A stretch of 64,000 bases of DNA from Octopus bimaculoides. Lineage: Eukaryota. The stretch covers positions 8,681,516 through 8,745,515 of the forward strand of contig NC_068994.1 of assembly GCF_001194135.2 (NCBI RefSeq). The letters run 5' to 3'. Shown here one piece after another: positions 11,640-23,385 of the stretch. Each line of letters starts with the position of its first letter. Position 1 is the stretch's first letter. Under the pieces are notes generated by a model. That model was not told where the DNA came from, ran no database searches, and was given only the letters and a program-made list of their open reading frames with translations. The translations under genes and the position numbers were made by a program.

Positions 11640-12235
11640 TTCTTAGAACTTACTGAGGGCGGCCAGTTGTAATACAGATGCTACACTGCTTTAGAGTAAC
11701 AGTAGTAAAAGTATAAACTTATTTAAAAGCAATCAAAATGAAAGTCATTACTGTTATAAGAAAACATGAACAAAACAAGCATGAATTTCTCGCTTTATAA
11801 GGAAACGTTAAAGTATAAATTGACAACTAACTAGAGGGGAAAAAATGTGATTTAGGTGGCGGAAAGGTAAAAATAAACACCAGTTTAAATTTACAAAATG
11901 ACGAAGAAATTCAAAAAATATACCAAAGAATAACGGAAACAAATCGTTCTTTTTACCAACACCCTGTAAGATTCGACAGAACGGAAGTAATTCAAAGAGA
12001 AAGCCAGGCTAAAAGCAGACATAGAACGTTTGCATTTTGTTGCGCAGTACCAATGGCTAGCTACGAATAATTAGAAAAGGAAAAGTGTGAAAAGAATATT
12101 CTAGAATCGGGTGTAGACACTGCAACCATTTAAATGAAACGATTAACTGTATTATTCACGGCTTCTTGATCACTGCTAAATCTGAGTAAATTCACAAACA
12201 CGATCGATTTTAGTAGCTATGTCAATCGGACGCTT
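11640..12235 (+). mobile_element. Heavily decayed R4/Dong-type fragment (post-RT thumb to zinc knuckle)
   Basis: With frameshifts it gives LKADIERLHFVAQYQWLATNN and GCRHCNHLNETINCIIHGFLITAKSE*IHKHDR. These resemble LKAETEGxxxAAQDQxLxTxN and CRxCxxxxETIxHIxSGCxxLAxxEYxxRHD. Confidence 0.6.
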
Positions 12236-12489
12236 CGAACATGGAAATGGATTAGATGAGAGATAGATATGTACAAAACACTGCCCATGACAACCAGCTG
12301 AGCAAAATAATTGCGGACGCATCTATCTACACTGATGATGACATCGAGATAAACCATAATGATAACATTATCAAGGAATGTTGTCTCTGCTTGATTTATA
12401 TTTTCATCTTTCTCACCAGAGCGTATCGTGTCTCTGCTATTTTTGTTTCGATGAACGGATTTTATTTCTCCCCCGATATTAGTTCACGT

Positions 12490-12615
12490 GATATCATTTA
12501 AGTATCATCATCCTCATCAACATCATCGTCATCAACAACAACGTCGTCGTCATCACCGTCGTTACCGTTGTCATAGTCGTCGACGTCAGCGGCGGTGGTG
12601 TCTCCACCAACAACC
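12490..12615. repeat. Degenerate (CAT/CGT/CAA)n trinucleotide tract
   Basis: Seen directly. Confidence 0.8.
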
Positions 12616-12619
12616 TAGC

Positions 12620-12975
12620 CAACATTGGCAGAATTGTCAGCATTCCCAGCAAAATACTTACTTCCAAGTCGTCTATCATTACGTTCTCAGTTCAAGTTCC
12701 GCCGATTTTGCCTTTCATTCTTTCGGCTTCAAGAAAATAAGCATCACTGAGCACTGTGGCAGATGTAATCGGCTTAAGCCCTCCCCCGAAATTGCTGGCC
12801 TTGTGCCAAAATTTGAAACCACTATTATTATCAATATTATTATTATTATCATCATCATTAATCGTTAGCTCAAAATCTTTAGCAGGATTTTGTCCGTCTT
12901 TAAGTTCAGAGTTGAAATTCAACTGAGACGGACTCTGTCTTTCGGTCTTTCTGAAATAAATGCCAGCTAAGCATC
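12620..12975 (+). mobile_element. Two old SINE family A copies (12620-12820, 12865-12975)
   Basis: TTACGTTCTCAGTTCAAGTTCCGCCG...CCTTGTGCCAAAATTTGAAACC, and TTTAAGTTCAGAGTTGAAATTCAAC. Confidence 0.6.
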
Positions 12976-13188
12976 GGCTTCGATGTAAGCTACTCATCTC
13001 CGCTCCCGAAGACACTTTTTACGGAAAAGGACGATATTCCGGCCGAGTATCGAAAGATCGCCAACCGTTTATATTCGTTTCTATTACTACTGCTTTTCGG
13101 GCAGTCGTTCTTAAATACAGGAGTGATTTGTATTTTCTTTCCTATACATCTCAAAGTTAACAGTTAGCAACAGCTATCGCGGGAATCA

Positions 13189-13225
<37 letters not shown>

Positions 13226-13610
13226 ATCTCTCTCTCTCTCTCTCTACGTCACCGTACGTTGGTAACTACGTAAAAACCAATTACTAGCGAGAATGTAGAA
13301 TCAAATAACACTTAAACAATATTTATTACCCTAAATGGCGGAAAATATATCACAATTAAGCTCTCCTACATCCTGTTACATAAATACAACAGATCTAATA
13401 AAACTACAGAACACAACTAATGCTCCAACTCGAAAAGAAGTCGTTACCAGACACTTGATTAGATGTCAAAAAACAAAAAAAAAAACAAAAAACAAATATA
13501 AAAACAAAACAAAAATCGATCTCCTCACCAATGATAGATCTGTGGATCGCACCTCGTCTCTCCAGCCACAATCTACACGTGCTATAGATATATTCGGTGA
13601 CAAATGAACT

Positions 13611-13641
13611 CGGATTACTACTACTTCTATTACATATATTT

Positions 13642-13672
<31 letters not shown>

Positions 13673-13884
13673 CAGTAGCAGCAATAATAGTAATAGCAGT
13701 GGTTGTGGTGGTAGTGGTAGTAATTGTAGCAGCAGCAGCAGTAGTAGCAGTAATGGTGGTGGTGGTGGTGGTCGTGGTTGTAGTATTAGTTGTAGTAGTA
13801 GTGGAAGCAGCATTAGTAGAGTAGTAGTAGTGGTGGTGGAAGTAATAACACTACTACTACTACTACTAGTAGTAGTAGTAGTAG
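13611..13884. repeat. Compound (TAG/TGG/CAG)n trinucleotide tract ending in a 34-bp (TAC)n/(TAG)n palindrome
   Basis: Seen directly. 13851-13884 is self-complementary. Confidence 0.9.
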
Positions 13885-14030
13885 ACTGTTACCTTATTTT
13901 TATCGACTCGTAAAGATTGAGAGGCACAGTCGAATTGGACGGAATTAAAAGCTCAGAACTTACAAAGCCAGAGAAAAAATGCCGCTAAGTCTTTGACAAC
14001 GCGTTAACGACTATCCCAGCTCGACACCAT
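13885..14030 (-). mobile_element. Old SINE family A copy
   Basis: TTTATCGACTCG...GCTCAGAAC...CGTTAACGACTATCCCAGCTCG is reverse-complement family A. Confidence 0.55.
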
Positions 14031-14069
14031 TAGAAAATAATGATAATGATGATGATGGTGATGATTGCA

Positions 14070-14205
14070 ATGAGAACCCAGGTTCGAAATTTCCCCAAGA
14101 CACCTGATGAAGGCTGGAGAGTATATCAGCGGAAACGTTGTGTTAACAACAAACAAGATGAGGACAAATATCTGTCAAATGTAAATAATGCAAATAATGT
14201 AAAGG
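14070..14205 (+). mobile_element. Penelope-like element terminal repeat fragment
   Basis: Carries a minimal hammerhead motif followed by ACAACAAACAAGATGAGGACAAATATC...GTAAATAATG, the layout of PLE pseudo-LTRs. The family call is inferred from the ribozyme type. Confidence 0.55.
14099..14144 (+). ncRNA. Minimal type I hammerhead ribozyme motif
   Basis: GACAC-CTGATGA-A-GGCTG(10-nt loop)CAGCG-GAAAC-GTT-GTGTT. Stem I is GACAC/GTGTT, stem II has a closing G-G mismatch, and helix III is the palindromic ACGT. Confidence 0.7.
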
Positions 14206-14806
14206 CAGACGGTCTGAAATTTGGGGGAGGGTGATAGTCAATTACATCAACCCCGATACTGAACAAGTACTTAATTTATCGACCACGAAAGTATGACAGG
14301 CAAAGCTGACCTCTGCGGAACTTGAAACCAGAACGTAGTGACGAGCGAAATCTGCTAAACATTTCGTCCAGCGTGCTAACGATTCCTTTCTACTCTAGGC
14401 TCGAGGCCCGAAATTTTTGGGGAGGAGGCAGTTGATTAGATCGACCGCAGTATGCAACTGGTACTTAATTTATCGACACCGAAAGGCAAAATCGCCCTTG
14501 GCGGAATTTGAACTCAGAACGTAGCAGCAAACGGAATACCGCTAAGCATTTCACCCGGCGTACTAACGTTTCTTATTTTTTTATTGCCCACAAGGGGCTA
14601 AACATAGAGGGGACAACCAAGGACAGACAAAAGGATTAAGTCGATGACATCGACCCCAGTGCGTAACTGGTACTTAATTTATTGACCCCGAAAGGATGAA
14701 AGGCAAAGTCGACCTCGGCGGAGTTTGAACTCAAAACGTAACTGCAGACGAAATACTGCTTAGCATTTCGCCCGGCGTGCTAACGTTTCTGCCAGCTCGC
14801 CGCCTT
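14205..14806 (-). mobile_element. Head-to-tail SINE family A array: old monomer (14205-14385) plus dimer (14386-14806)
   Basis: Three family A bodies. Junctions are GCTAACGATTC|CTTTCTACTC (14385/6) and CTAACGTTTCT|TATTTTTTTATTGCCCAC (14573/4). Confidence 0.8.
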
Positions 14807-14858
14807 GGGACGATACATATTAATGGAATGATATTGAGGGTTACCAATGTTTACGTAC

Positions 14859-14938
14859 CTAGGAAAAGAAGACAGGCGAACAGACGGCGAAAACCGAAGT
14901 AGTCAGCAAAATATTGTATGGTTCAGTTTGTTACTTAC
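14859..14938 (-). other. Candidate recursive-splicing site with 80-nt cryptic exon
   Basis: Minus strand: CCCTAAT branch motif, about 30-nt pyrimidine tract, CATAG|GTAAGT, then 80 nt later TTCTTTTCCTAG|GTACGT. There are stops in all three frames. Confidence 0.4.
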
Positions 14939-15490
14939 CTATGAAATATAAAAGAAAGAATGAAAGAAAGATTAAAATTAGGGTTAAAATTGTGTTATTT
15001 TTACAAAACGCAGTAAATACTGAAAATTGCCAAAATGTTAAGTGAAAAAAAGAAAAACACGTAAAATAGAAGACACAAATATGTTGAAAAAACGAAGTAG
15101 CCAGAAGAATTGAAAAGAAACATCGTGGAGCAAAGTAGCAAAAAATAGATGTGACTTCTCAAGAAAGCAATGCAAATAAGTGTATTGGAAAGAGAAAAAC
15201 ACATTACCGACACCTATATGAGAAAGTTAAAAATAAAAGGAGAGTTAAAATTAGAAACGAAAGTATTATAAAAAAATGTGCGGTGGTGCATCAGCATGGC
15301 CGCAGCTCTGAGCTGAAACTTTGAAATGAAAAATACATTACAATACAATACAAGTTCATTACACATAATGCCAGATGAGAAAACAATTAGAAAATGTTAC
15401 ATACTCACACACACGCACATCTATCTATCTATTTATCTATCTATGTATCTACCTAACTATTTCCCTATCTATCTATCTATCTCTCTATCG

Positions 15491-15595
15491 ATTTCTCTGT
15501 CTATGTATCTATCTATCTATTTCCCTGTCTATGTATCTATCTATCTATTTCCCTGTCTATGTATCTATCTATCTATTTCCCTGTCTATGTATGTA
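15491..15595. repeat. 28-bp minisatellite, about 4 copies (ATTTCCCTGTCTATGTATCTATCTATCT)
   Basis: Seen directly within a (TATC)n field. Confidence 0.9.
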
Positions 15596-16028
15596 TGTAT
15601 CTATGCACACACATATATGTGTGTGTAAGAGTGTATCAATAGATCGTTTTCATGTGTACGTACATGTACGTATGTATGTGTTGTTCACTGTGTGCATGTG
15701 TGTGTGTGTATGTGTATACACACTCGAGTAGATATTTGAAGAAAAACATTTGAAAATATACATCTAAATATCTATTAAAACATATGTAAATAAATATTAA
15801 GATACACTACGTGAAACCGCAGTATATATACGGGGTAACAGAATTGAATATCTTTTAAAACTTCCTTTGTATGCATTAAAACATAAAAGAAGTACTTAAC
15901 GACCCTTTGACTCCAAAACTGGAGCAGTTTAAGACTTCAGACATTCACAGTTATTCCTAGACGAGGATTTATAAGCACGCTGTTTCCATGTACACATCAT
16001 CTGCAATTTCATGTCTTCCTTTTCAAGA

Positions 16029-16061
<33 letters not shown>

Positions 16062-16071
16062 NNNNNNNNNN

Positions 16072-16105
<34 letters not shown>

Positions 16106-16329
16106 TCGTTTTGTATTCTCCTACAAGATTCATGCTAGCCCAGACAAATAGAAATAGCATATGAGAAAATATAAATACCATTTTCTTCACTGAAAAGCAT
16201 GACTTTAACTTTAGGCTGAATTATTGACACAGTCATAATAGATATATATCTACGTAGATAGATTTTGTTTTTATCCATCTCTGCCTATAACTGCATACGC
16301 ATGTGGATATGTACAGATATATACATAAG

Positions 16330-16365
<36 letters not shown>

Positions 16366-16433
16366 TATGCGTGCGAATGCAATACACTGTATCTTACTAT
16401 GGAGAAAATATCCGCATATATATATATATATAC

Positions 16434-16486
<53 letters not shown>

Positions 16487-16695
16487 NNNNNNNNNNNNNN
16501 NNNNNNNNNNNNNNNNNNNNNNNNNNNNNNNNNNNNNNNNNNNNNNNNNNNNNNNNNNNNNNNNNNNNNNNNNNNNNNNNNNNNNNNNNNNNNNNNNNNN
16601 NNNNNNNNNNNNNNNNNNNNNNNNNNNNNNNNNNNNNNNNNNNNNNNNNNNNNNNNNNNNNNNNNNNNNNNNNNNNNNNNNNNNNNNNNNNNNNN

Positions 16696-16985
16696 ATGAG
16701 GTAATGAGTTCGATTCCCGGGCCGGGCTGCGTGTTATGTTCTTGAGCAAAACACTTTATTTCACGTTGCTCCAGTTCACTTAGCCGTAGAAATGAGTTGC
16801 GACGTCAGCGGGCCCAAGCTGTATCCGCCTTTGCCTTTCCCATGGATAGCATCTTGCAAGGAGAGGCTGGTATGCCTGGGTGACTGGTGGTGTTCCATAA
16901 ACGAACTTGCCCAAGCTTGTGTCTCGGAGGGGAACTTTCTAAGTACAATCCCATGGCCATTCATGAGCGTAGGGGGTCTTTACCG
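16696..16985 (+). mobile_element. SINE family D (head partly in gap)
   Basis: B box GAGTTCGATTCCC, then TGTTCTTGAGCAAAACACTTTATTTCACGTTGCTCCAG, resembling CORE/V-type SINE central domains. Confidence 0.6.
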
Positions 16986-16990
16986 CTTTT

Positions 16991-17021
<31 letters not shown>

Positions 17022-18109
17022 TTCGTTTGCATATCTGGTTTCTAAGATTCTTTGTGAAATCGTTAATCTATACACGTTTTCTCTCTCTCCCTTTATATAT
17101 ACGTGTGTGTGTGTGTTTGTGTGTGTACGAAACAAAACTGCAATATATTATGCTTATAAATCTCTTATGGACACATGTTAAACAATAGTGATAGACAAGT
17201 GTTGCTTTAGCGGAGTAAGTGATTCTTTTATGGAACTTCGGTTGTTGTAACAGGTGTTCGGTTCGTTGTATTAAGTAAAGCGAATATTAGTACACACACA
17301 GACTTATACACATACACATCTACTGGTATATCCTCTTTCAATATATTATTGTCTATTTTTTTAAGTAGCATAGATTGTCGGCTGCAACCTAGCAAACGCC
17401 GTTTCACTACTATCTATTAAATAAATTTGTTGGTAAGATCTTATTGGTTGCTCGCTGCATGTCTTCAATTTACTATGCGGCTTTCGTTTATTCTTTTTCA
17501 TCATCTATATTTCTGAAAGCTAATTGTCTGGCTAGTGACTACATGAGAGACTATGTTTTCTACCTGAAGCATTTACATCAATGAAGAGCCATTTTACCTA
17601 TTTAAGAACACAGAAAATCATTTATATTACTCTTCGTTTATTCCTTGAGCTGTCAAAACTCTTCGCCATTTACAAATTTCTACCATATCTCCTGAAAACC
17701 ACATACAATCGAGCCGTTATATAACTATAACTATATATATATGAGGGGGCAAAAATTCTATCAATTTCTGTTCACTTTTTCTTCCTCTGTGTCTCCTTAG
17801 TCTTGTGGTTTGAATGAGTTATTATTTTACTTCAATTTGAGAAGAAAATCAAGAAAAGAACGTTATAGAAACGAGAAAACTGAAGAAAACTCCTCGAGGA
17901 TTACAAAATCTCTCCAGTAACTTATTCTCGTCAAAATGAGTGGAATTCTGTTAGCAACAAAACGAGAATTTGACATTTCAGGAAATAAACGAAAATTGAA
18001 AATATAGCATTTTTTGTATGTCTTAAATTTCTAATACGTCTCCGTTCCTGTTATATTGGTAAATCTTTACGTGTTGAAAACCTGAGACTTTGCACAAATA
18101 AATGGATTA

Positions 18110-19095
18110 CACTAGGTAACAAAAGTTTTGTTACTATTAGACGAAATGGTGTTCATAGGTAATTTGGGAGCGCTGATTCCGAATCTGCAATCATTTTTGC
18201 TCTAGCACGTAACGTTTTTGCGCTGTTATTACTATGCTGGTATCAAAATTACAACAATGTGAAAATTCATGACAGTAATCCTGACTTTTCGTTTGTTAAA
18301 CCCAAGTCTCTAACTAAATCATTTAACCTAAGTTGACTTAACAATTGGGAAACATTTTTTGAAGATCCTGGTTCATCACAGTGATCTTCAGTATCACTCG
18401 GCACACCTTCAATTGAAGTAGATGCAATACTTTCTTCACTTAAACTATCTTTGTCAAAAGATAAAGAAGATTCTGGAATTGGAATATTTTCAGGAGCATG
18501 AACAACTGGTTTTAATGTTAGAGGGCAATCTGGATAAACAATCTTGGATTTGTTCTTCTTAGAGAAACCTGTGATGTTAGTTAAGCAGAAATAACAATCG
18601 ATAGAGTGATTTATTGGTTCACGCCATATGATTGGTACTGCAAATGGTATGCTTTACCGTTTACCATTCAGCCACTGGGTTAGTGCTATGTAGCAGATTT
18701 TGCAAGAAACATGAGGCACCCACAGTTTATCTTGGTCCCCAACTTTGCACCCAAATTAAATCTTGTACACATTTTAAAATTTCTTTGTAAGCTTATTTCT
18801 CTGATCTCTTGGCGTAAATTTTCCACACACGGAACAAAAGCTGTCCGGGTGATGACCACAAACTTTTCTGCTCATTATAAATACATACAGTAATAACTTA
18901 AATCAACACTCAAAGAAGCCTGTCAGTAAACTAAAATATAATATTAATCAACTGTAAATTTCTCAAAATAAAATCATTGAAATTATTATGGAATGTACTG
19001 AAGCTATGGCTATCAGGATACAATTTTTTCCAAGTCTAAATTTCAAATGTTGATCACTTTTTTAATAAGTAACGAAACTTACTGCTAAACTACTT
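18110..19095 (-). mobile_element. Internally deleted Chapaev3-type (CMC superfamily) DNA transposon
   Basis: 18875-18270 translates MSRKVCGHHPDSFCSVCG...VGDQDKLWVPHVSCKICY...IWREPINHSIDCYFC...LNDLVRDLGL with 3 internal stops. There is a CACTAGGTAACAAAAGTTTTGTTACT end at 18110 and a degenerate inverted partner near 19069-19095. Confidence 0.8.
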
Positions 19096-19179
19096 TTCAA
19101 AAAGCTGGTTATCAAGAAAAGGGAGTCTGGGTGGTTTACTATAATCTAATATCAATGGCGTAATGTGAGGAGAACTTTA

Positions 19180-19500
19180 CTATAAATCCGACTTCGGTGG
19201 AGTTTGAACTCAGAACACAGCGACGGGGCGAAATGCTGCTAAGGAATCTGCCAGCTCACCGCTTTAATCTACCCCAAAATAATCTTTTCTACTCTAGGCA
19301 CAAGGCCCGAAAGTATTTTTTCTTTGGGGGGGGGGTCGATTAGATCGATCCCATTACGCAACTGGTACTTAATTTATCTATCCTGAAAGGATGAAAGGCA
19401 AAGTCGACCTCTGAGGAATTTGAACTCAGAACATAGCGACGGGGCGAAATACCACTAAGCATTTCGCCCGGTGTGCTAGCGATTCAGCCAGCTTGCTGCA
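19180..19500 (-). mobile_element. Two SINE family A copies (19180-19263 partial; 19284-19500 full with 20-bp TSD)
   Basis: Family A motifs. TTAATCTACCCCAAAATAAT (19264-19283) and TTAATCTATCCTAAAATAAT (19501-19520) flank the full copy. Confidence 0.8.
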
Positions 19501-19584
19501 TTAATCTATCCTAAAATAATGACAAAAATTCAAATCTCGCAGGGGGAAGACGAAAAAGAAAAAGGGAGGAAAAGAGAAGAGGTG

Positions 19585-19775
19585 GGGGAGTGATGATGAT
19601 GAGGGGGAAGTAGATTTTGATAATGATGACGACGTAGGTCGTGACAACGAGGAGGACGGCTGTTGTAATGCTACTGCTGTTACTGATGACAACGATGATG
19701 ATGATGGTCATGATGGTGATGACGATGGTGATGATGGTCATGATGGTGATGGTGACAACGATGATGTTGATGCTG
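19585..19775. repeat. Degenerate (GAT/GAC/GGT)n tract
   Basis: Seen directly. Confidence 0.8.
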
Positions 19776-20502
19776 CAGAGGAAAGAGTAGCGAGAAAGAA
19801 GGGAATGAGGTAGAGGAATAGTGATGAAGTTTTATTAATATGTAATCAAACACCTACGTGGTAAGCAAACGTCACTTGCTGTAAGTTCACACACGCGAAT
19901 GTGAACATAACGGAACATTTAAAAGCAACAACAACAATATTTACGAAAACAGAAAGCAAAAAAAAAAAAAAAAANNNNNNNNNNNNNNNNNNNNNNNNNN
20001 NNNNNNNNNNNNNNNNNNNNNNNNNNNNNNNNNNNNNNNNNNNNNNNNNNNNNNNNNNNNNNNNNNNNNNNNNNNNNNNNNNNNNNNNNNNNNNNNNNNN
20101 NNNNNNNNNNNNNNNNNNNNNNNNNNNNNNNNNNNNNNNNNNNNNNNNNNNNNNNNNNNNNNNNNNNNNNNNNNNNNNNNNNNNNNNNNNNNNNNNNNNN
20201 NNNNNNNNNNNNNNNNNNNNNNNNNNNNNNNNNNNNNNNNNNNNNNNNNNNNNNNNNNNNNNNNNNNNNNNNNNNNNNNNNNNNNNNNNNNNNNNNNNNN
20301 NNNNNNNNNNNNNNNNNNNNNNNNNNNNNNNNNNNNNNNNNNNNNNNNNNNNNNNNNNNNNNNNNNNNNNNNNNNNNNNNNNNNNNNNNNNNNNNNNNNN
20401 NNNNNNNNNNNNNNNNNNNNNNNNNNNTATATATATATATATATATATATGTGTATGTGTATATTACATATATATATATATATGTGTGTGTATGTGTATA
20501 TT

Positions 20503-20545
<43 letters not shown>

Positions 20546-20610
20546 TGTGTGCGTGCATGTGTGTATGTATATATATATATATATCGATGTGTGCGTGTAT
20601 ATATATATAC

Positions 20611-20651
<41 letters not shown>

Positions 20652-21178
20652 TGTGTGTGTGTGTGTGTATGTATGTATATGTACATATACCTACACAGAT
20701 GTACAGAATTGAAGGAATATATAAACAGATGACCTACTAGATAACAAAGATCAAAAGATAACCACTATGAATAACGAATGAAAGCGGTTGATACTAAATA
20801 TTTTGCAGGCTAAAAGTAATATAAATAAACGATAATGTTTCCCCAATGAAAGAGACTGCGAAAATGAATGTGGTACAAGAGATAGGTGAGAAATTGGGTA
20901 TATTTACTTGTAAATAAGTAAGTTAAAGATGAAAGACTAACCGGTATTTGTAAGAACAACTATTGATAGTAAACAGTTTGTATGATAATAAATATACAAA
21001 TAAATAATGTTTTGGTGAATGAAAGACGTTGGAGTGACTAAAACATTAAAAAAAGCAGCTAGTGTCAGACCGAACGCTATATCGTTCGATTTGTATAGAA
21101 AAGGTATCTACGAAATTTCAGTGAAGTTGGTTCCTACAATCTTGAAAGTGAAGGAAACCTCACAGATGCTTGATTAAC

Positions 21179-21660
21179 GTGGGTATCAAAAGAAAGTGCC
21201 CACATACACTTGAGAATGAATAACGTTTATGATAATGCGTGTTAATAAGGAAAGTTTCAGGTGAGATTAAGATATATAATGGCTTTCGTTTTTTAACATT
21301 GGGGTATATCCCTTGATAAAGTGGATATCAAAGGAAAATGCCCTTTTGCACAGGATAATCAATAACGCTTATAATAATGCATGTTTATAAGGACTCTCTC
21401 TGTTGGTATTGATATATATAGTGTTTTTTTTTAATATTAGCGTATTACCCAAATGAAAATAGATATCAAAAGAAAATGCTCTTTACCTTTGGAAAATGAA
21501 TAACATTTATAATAATGCATGTTGATAAGGACTTTTTCCGGTGATATTAACATTTTTTAATAATATTTTTTTAAAACATTGCTGTATGTGCCTATTGAAA
21601 GTGTATATCGGAAGTAAAACGCCCTCTTGCAATTGTCGATAAATAACTACGATATTAATG
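21179..21660. repeat. About 140-bp AT-rich tandem repeat, roughly 3.5 diverged copies
   Basis: GTGG(G/A)TATCAAAAGAAA(G/A)TGCCC...AATAAC..TTAT.ATAATGC.TGTT.ATAAGGA recurs at 21179, 21321, 21459 and 21601. Confidence 0.85.
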
Positions 21661-22989
21661 TATGATAATTAGTATGTTTATCGAGATATCAATAGATATG
21701 ATTTTTGTCCGATTCAAATACGAACATTTACGGGAATGAGAATCTTAATGAATCCAGGATTTTAAACTGTGATTGAAAAACAAACAAAATAAAATCGATA
21801 AAAAATTTCGAAAAATGAAAAAAAAAAAAAAATCATAGTTACTTGAATTCCCGAGTGTAGAACGCAAATGCTCAAAAATTTCCAGGTAATTCCAAGAAAG
21901 GAAACAAAGTTATGAGGAGTTATGTGCGGTGCTTAAAGCGCAATTCCCGCCAGTTCTAAGTTTACGTAGACAGGATTTGAATTCAGGAAGTGACTAAACA
22001 ATATAACGTATTTTGTGTTTTGCAGATTTTTTGTCGCCAACTTCTTAAATAATCTCACTTTGAAGAACTTCTATCTTTTATCTACGTTAGTTAATATTTG
22101 ATATTATTGTGCAAATCTTTGTATTGCTTAGTTGCGTCAGTTTACAATCTGAGTTCAAATCATGCCGAAGTCTACCTGATCGAGTTTTGCCTTTTTCTAT
22201 ATTTCATGTATTGAGCGTCAGTATTAAATGATTATTCGGTCTAATCAAGCTTACAGATTATAAGAAATATTATAACGAAGAACAAAAATGCCGTGAGGTA
22301 CATAATTTGAGTTCTTCGCCTTGAGTTCAAATCCTGCCACACTTACTGTTACTGATTTAATGAATTAAACACCACACAGTGAGGAATTAATGTTGATGTC
22401 ATTGACTGATATGTGCGAAAGAAGCAATATTCGTTTAATATCTATATGGTACTTAAAGCAAACACATCGTTGAAATCTTTATTAAAAACAGTATTCGTTC
22501 AGAGATAGCATCTCTTATAGATGTAATGTTTAAAGCAGTAGACGAAAATAGTCTAGTGGTATTTGCGAAATTGCTAAATGAGCATATCTGTCTCTTAAAA
22601 ATTTCATTAGTAGCAAATGTTCACTGTCAACCATATGTTTAAAACAAAATTCGCCGCTATTAATACAGCAAGACTATGATTAAGAGATCACCATGTTGCT
22701 ATTAGCCGGCAAGCTGAATAAAATTTCGTTATGTGCGACAATCTGCTCCGAATTTTCTAATTTCTTTCTCCGGATGAAATATTTATGTGCTTTCATGAAG
22801 CTAGCTTCTGAAACCAAAATTTCTAACGTAAGCAGAACAAAAAAGATTTGGGGAATATAGACTCTATTACTTGACTGTTATTTTCTTATATCGACGCTAA
22901 AATCAGTTGAATCATTAATTACTGATTGTATTTCTTTAAACATTCGTTGCTCATAGCTGAATTTTATTCTATTATAAAAACTACGTGAA

Positions 22990-23385
22990 AGGTGGTGAAC
23001 TGGCAGAATCGTTAACTCGTCGGGCGAAATTCCAAGGGGTATTTCTTCTGCCGCATGGTTCTGAGTTCAAATTCCGCTGAGGTCGACTTCGCCTGTCATC
23101 ATTTCGGGGTCGATAAATTAAGTACCAGTCAAGTATTGAAGTTAATGTGATCGACTTACCCCTCCCCACAAATTTCAGGCCTTGTAGCTTAAGCGGAAGG
23201 AATTATTAAAATTAGGTTAAAGTTGGCAGGCCGGCAGAAGCCTTAGCACGCCGGACGAAATTCCTAGCGGTATTTCATCTGCCGAAACAGTCGATAAAAT
23301 AAGTACCAGTTGTGTAGAGGGGTCAATGTAATCGACTATTCTCTTTCCCCAAATTCCAGGCCTTGTGCCTATAGCTGAGCGTTTT
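22990..23385 (+). mobile_element. Two tandem SINE family A copies (second internally deleted)
   Basis: AAGGTGGTGAACTGGCAGAATCGTTA... and TTGGCAGGCCGGCAGAAGCCTTAGCACGCCGGACG...CCTTGTGCCTATAG. Confidence 0.75.
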
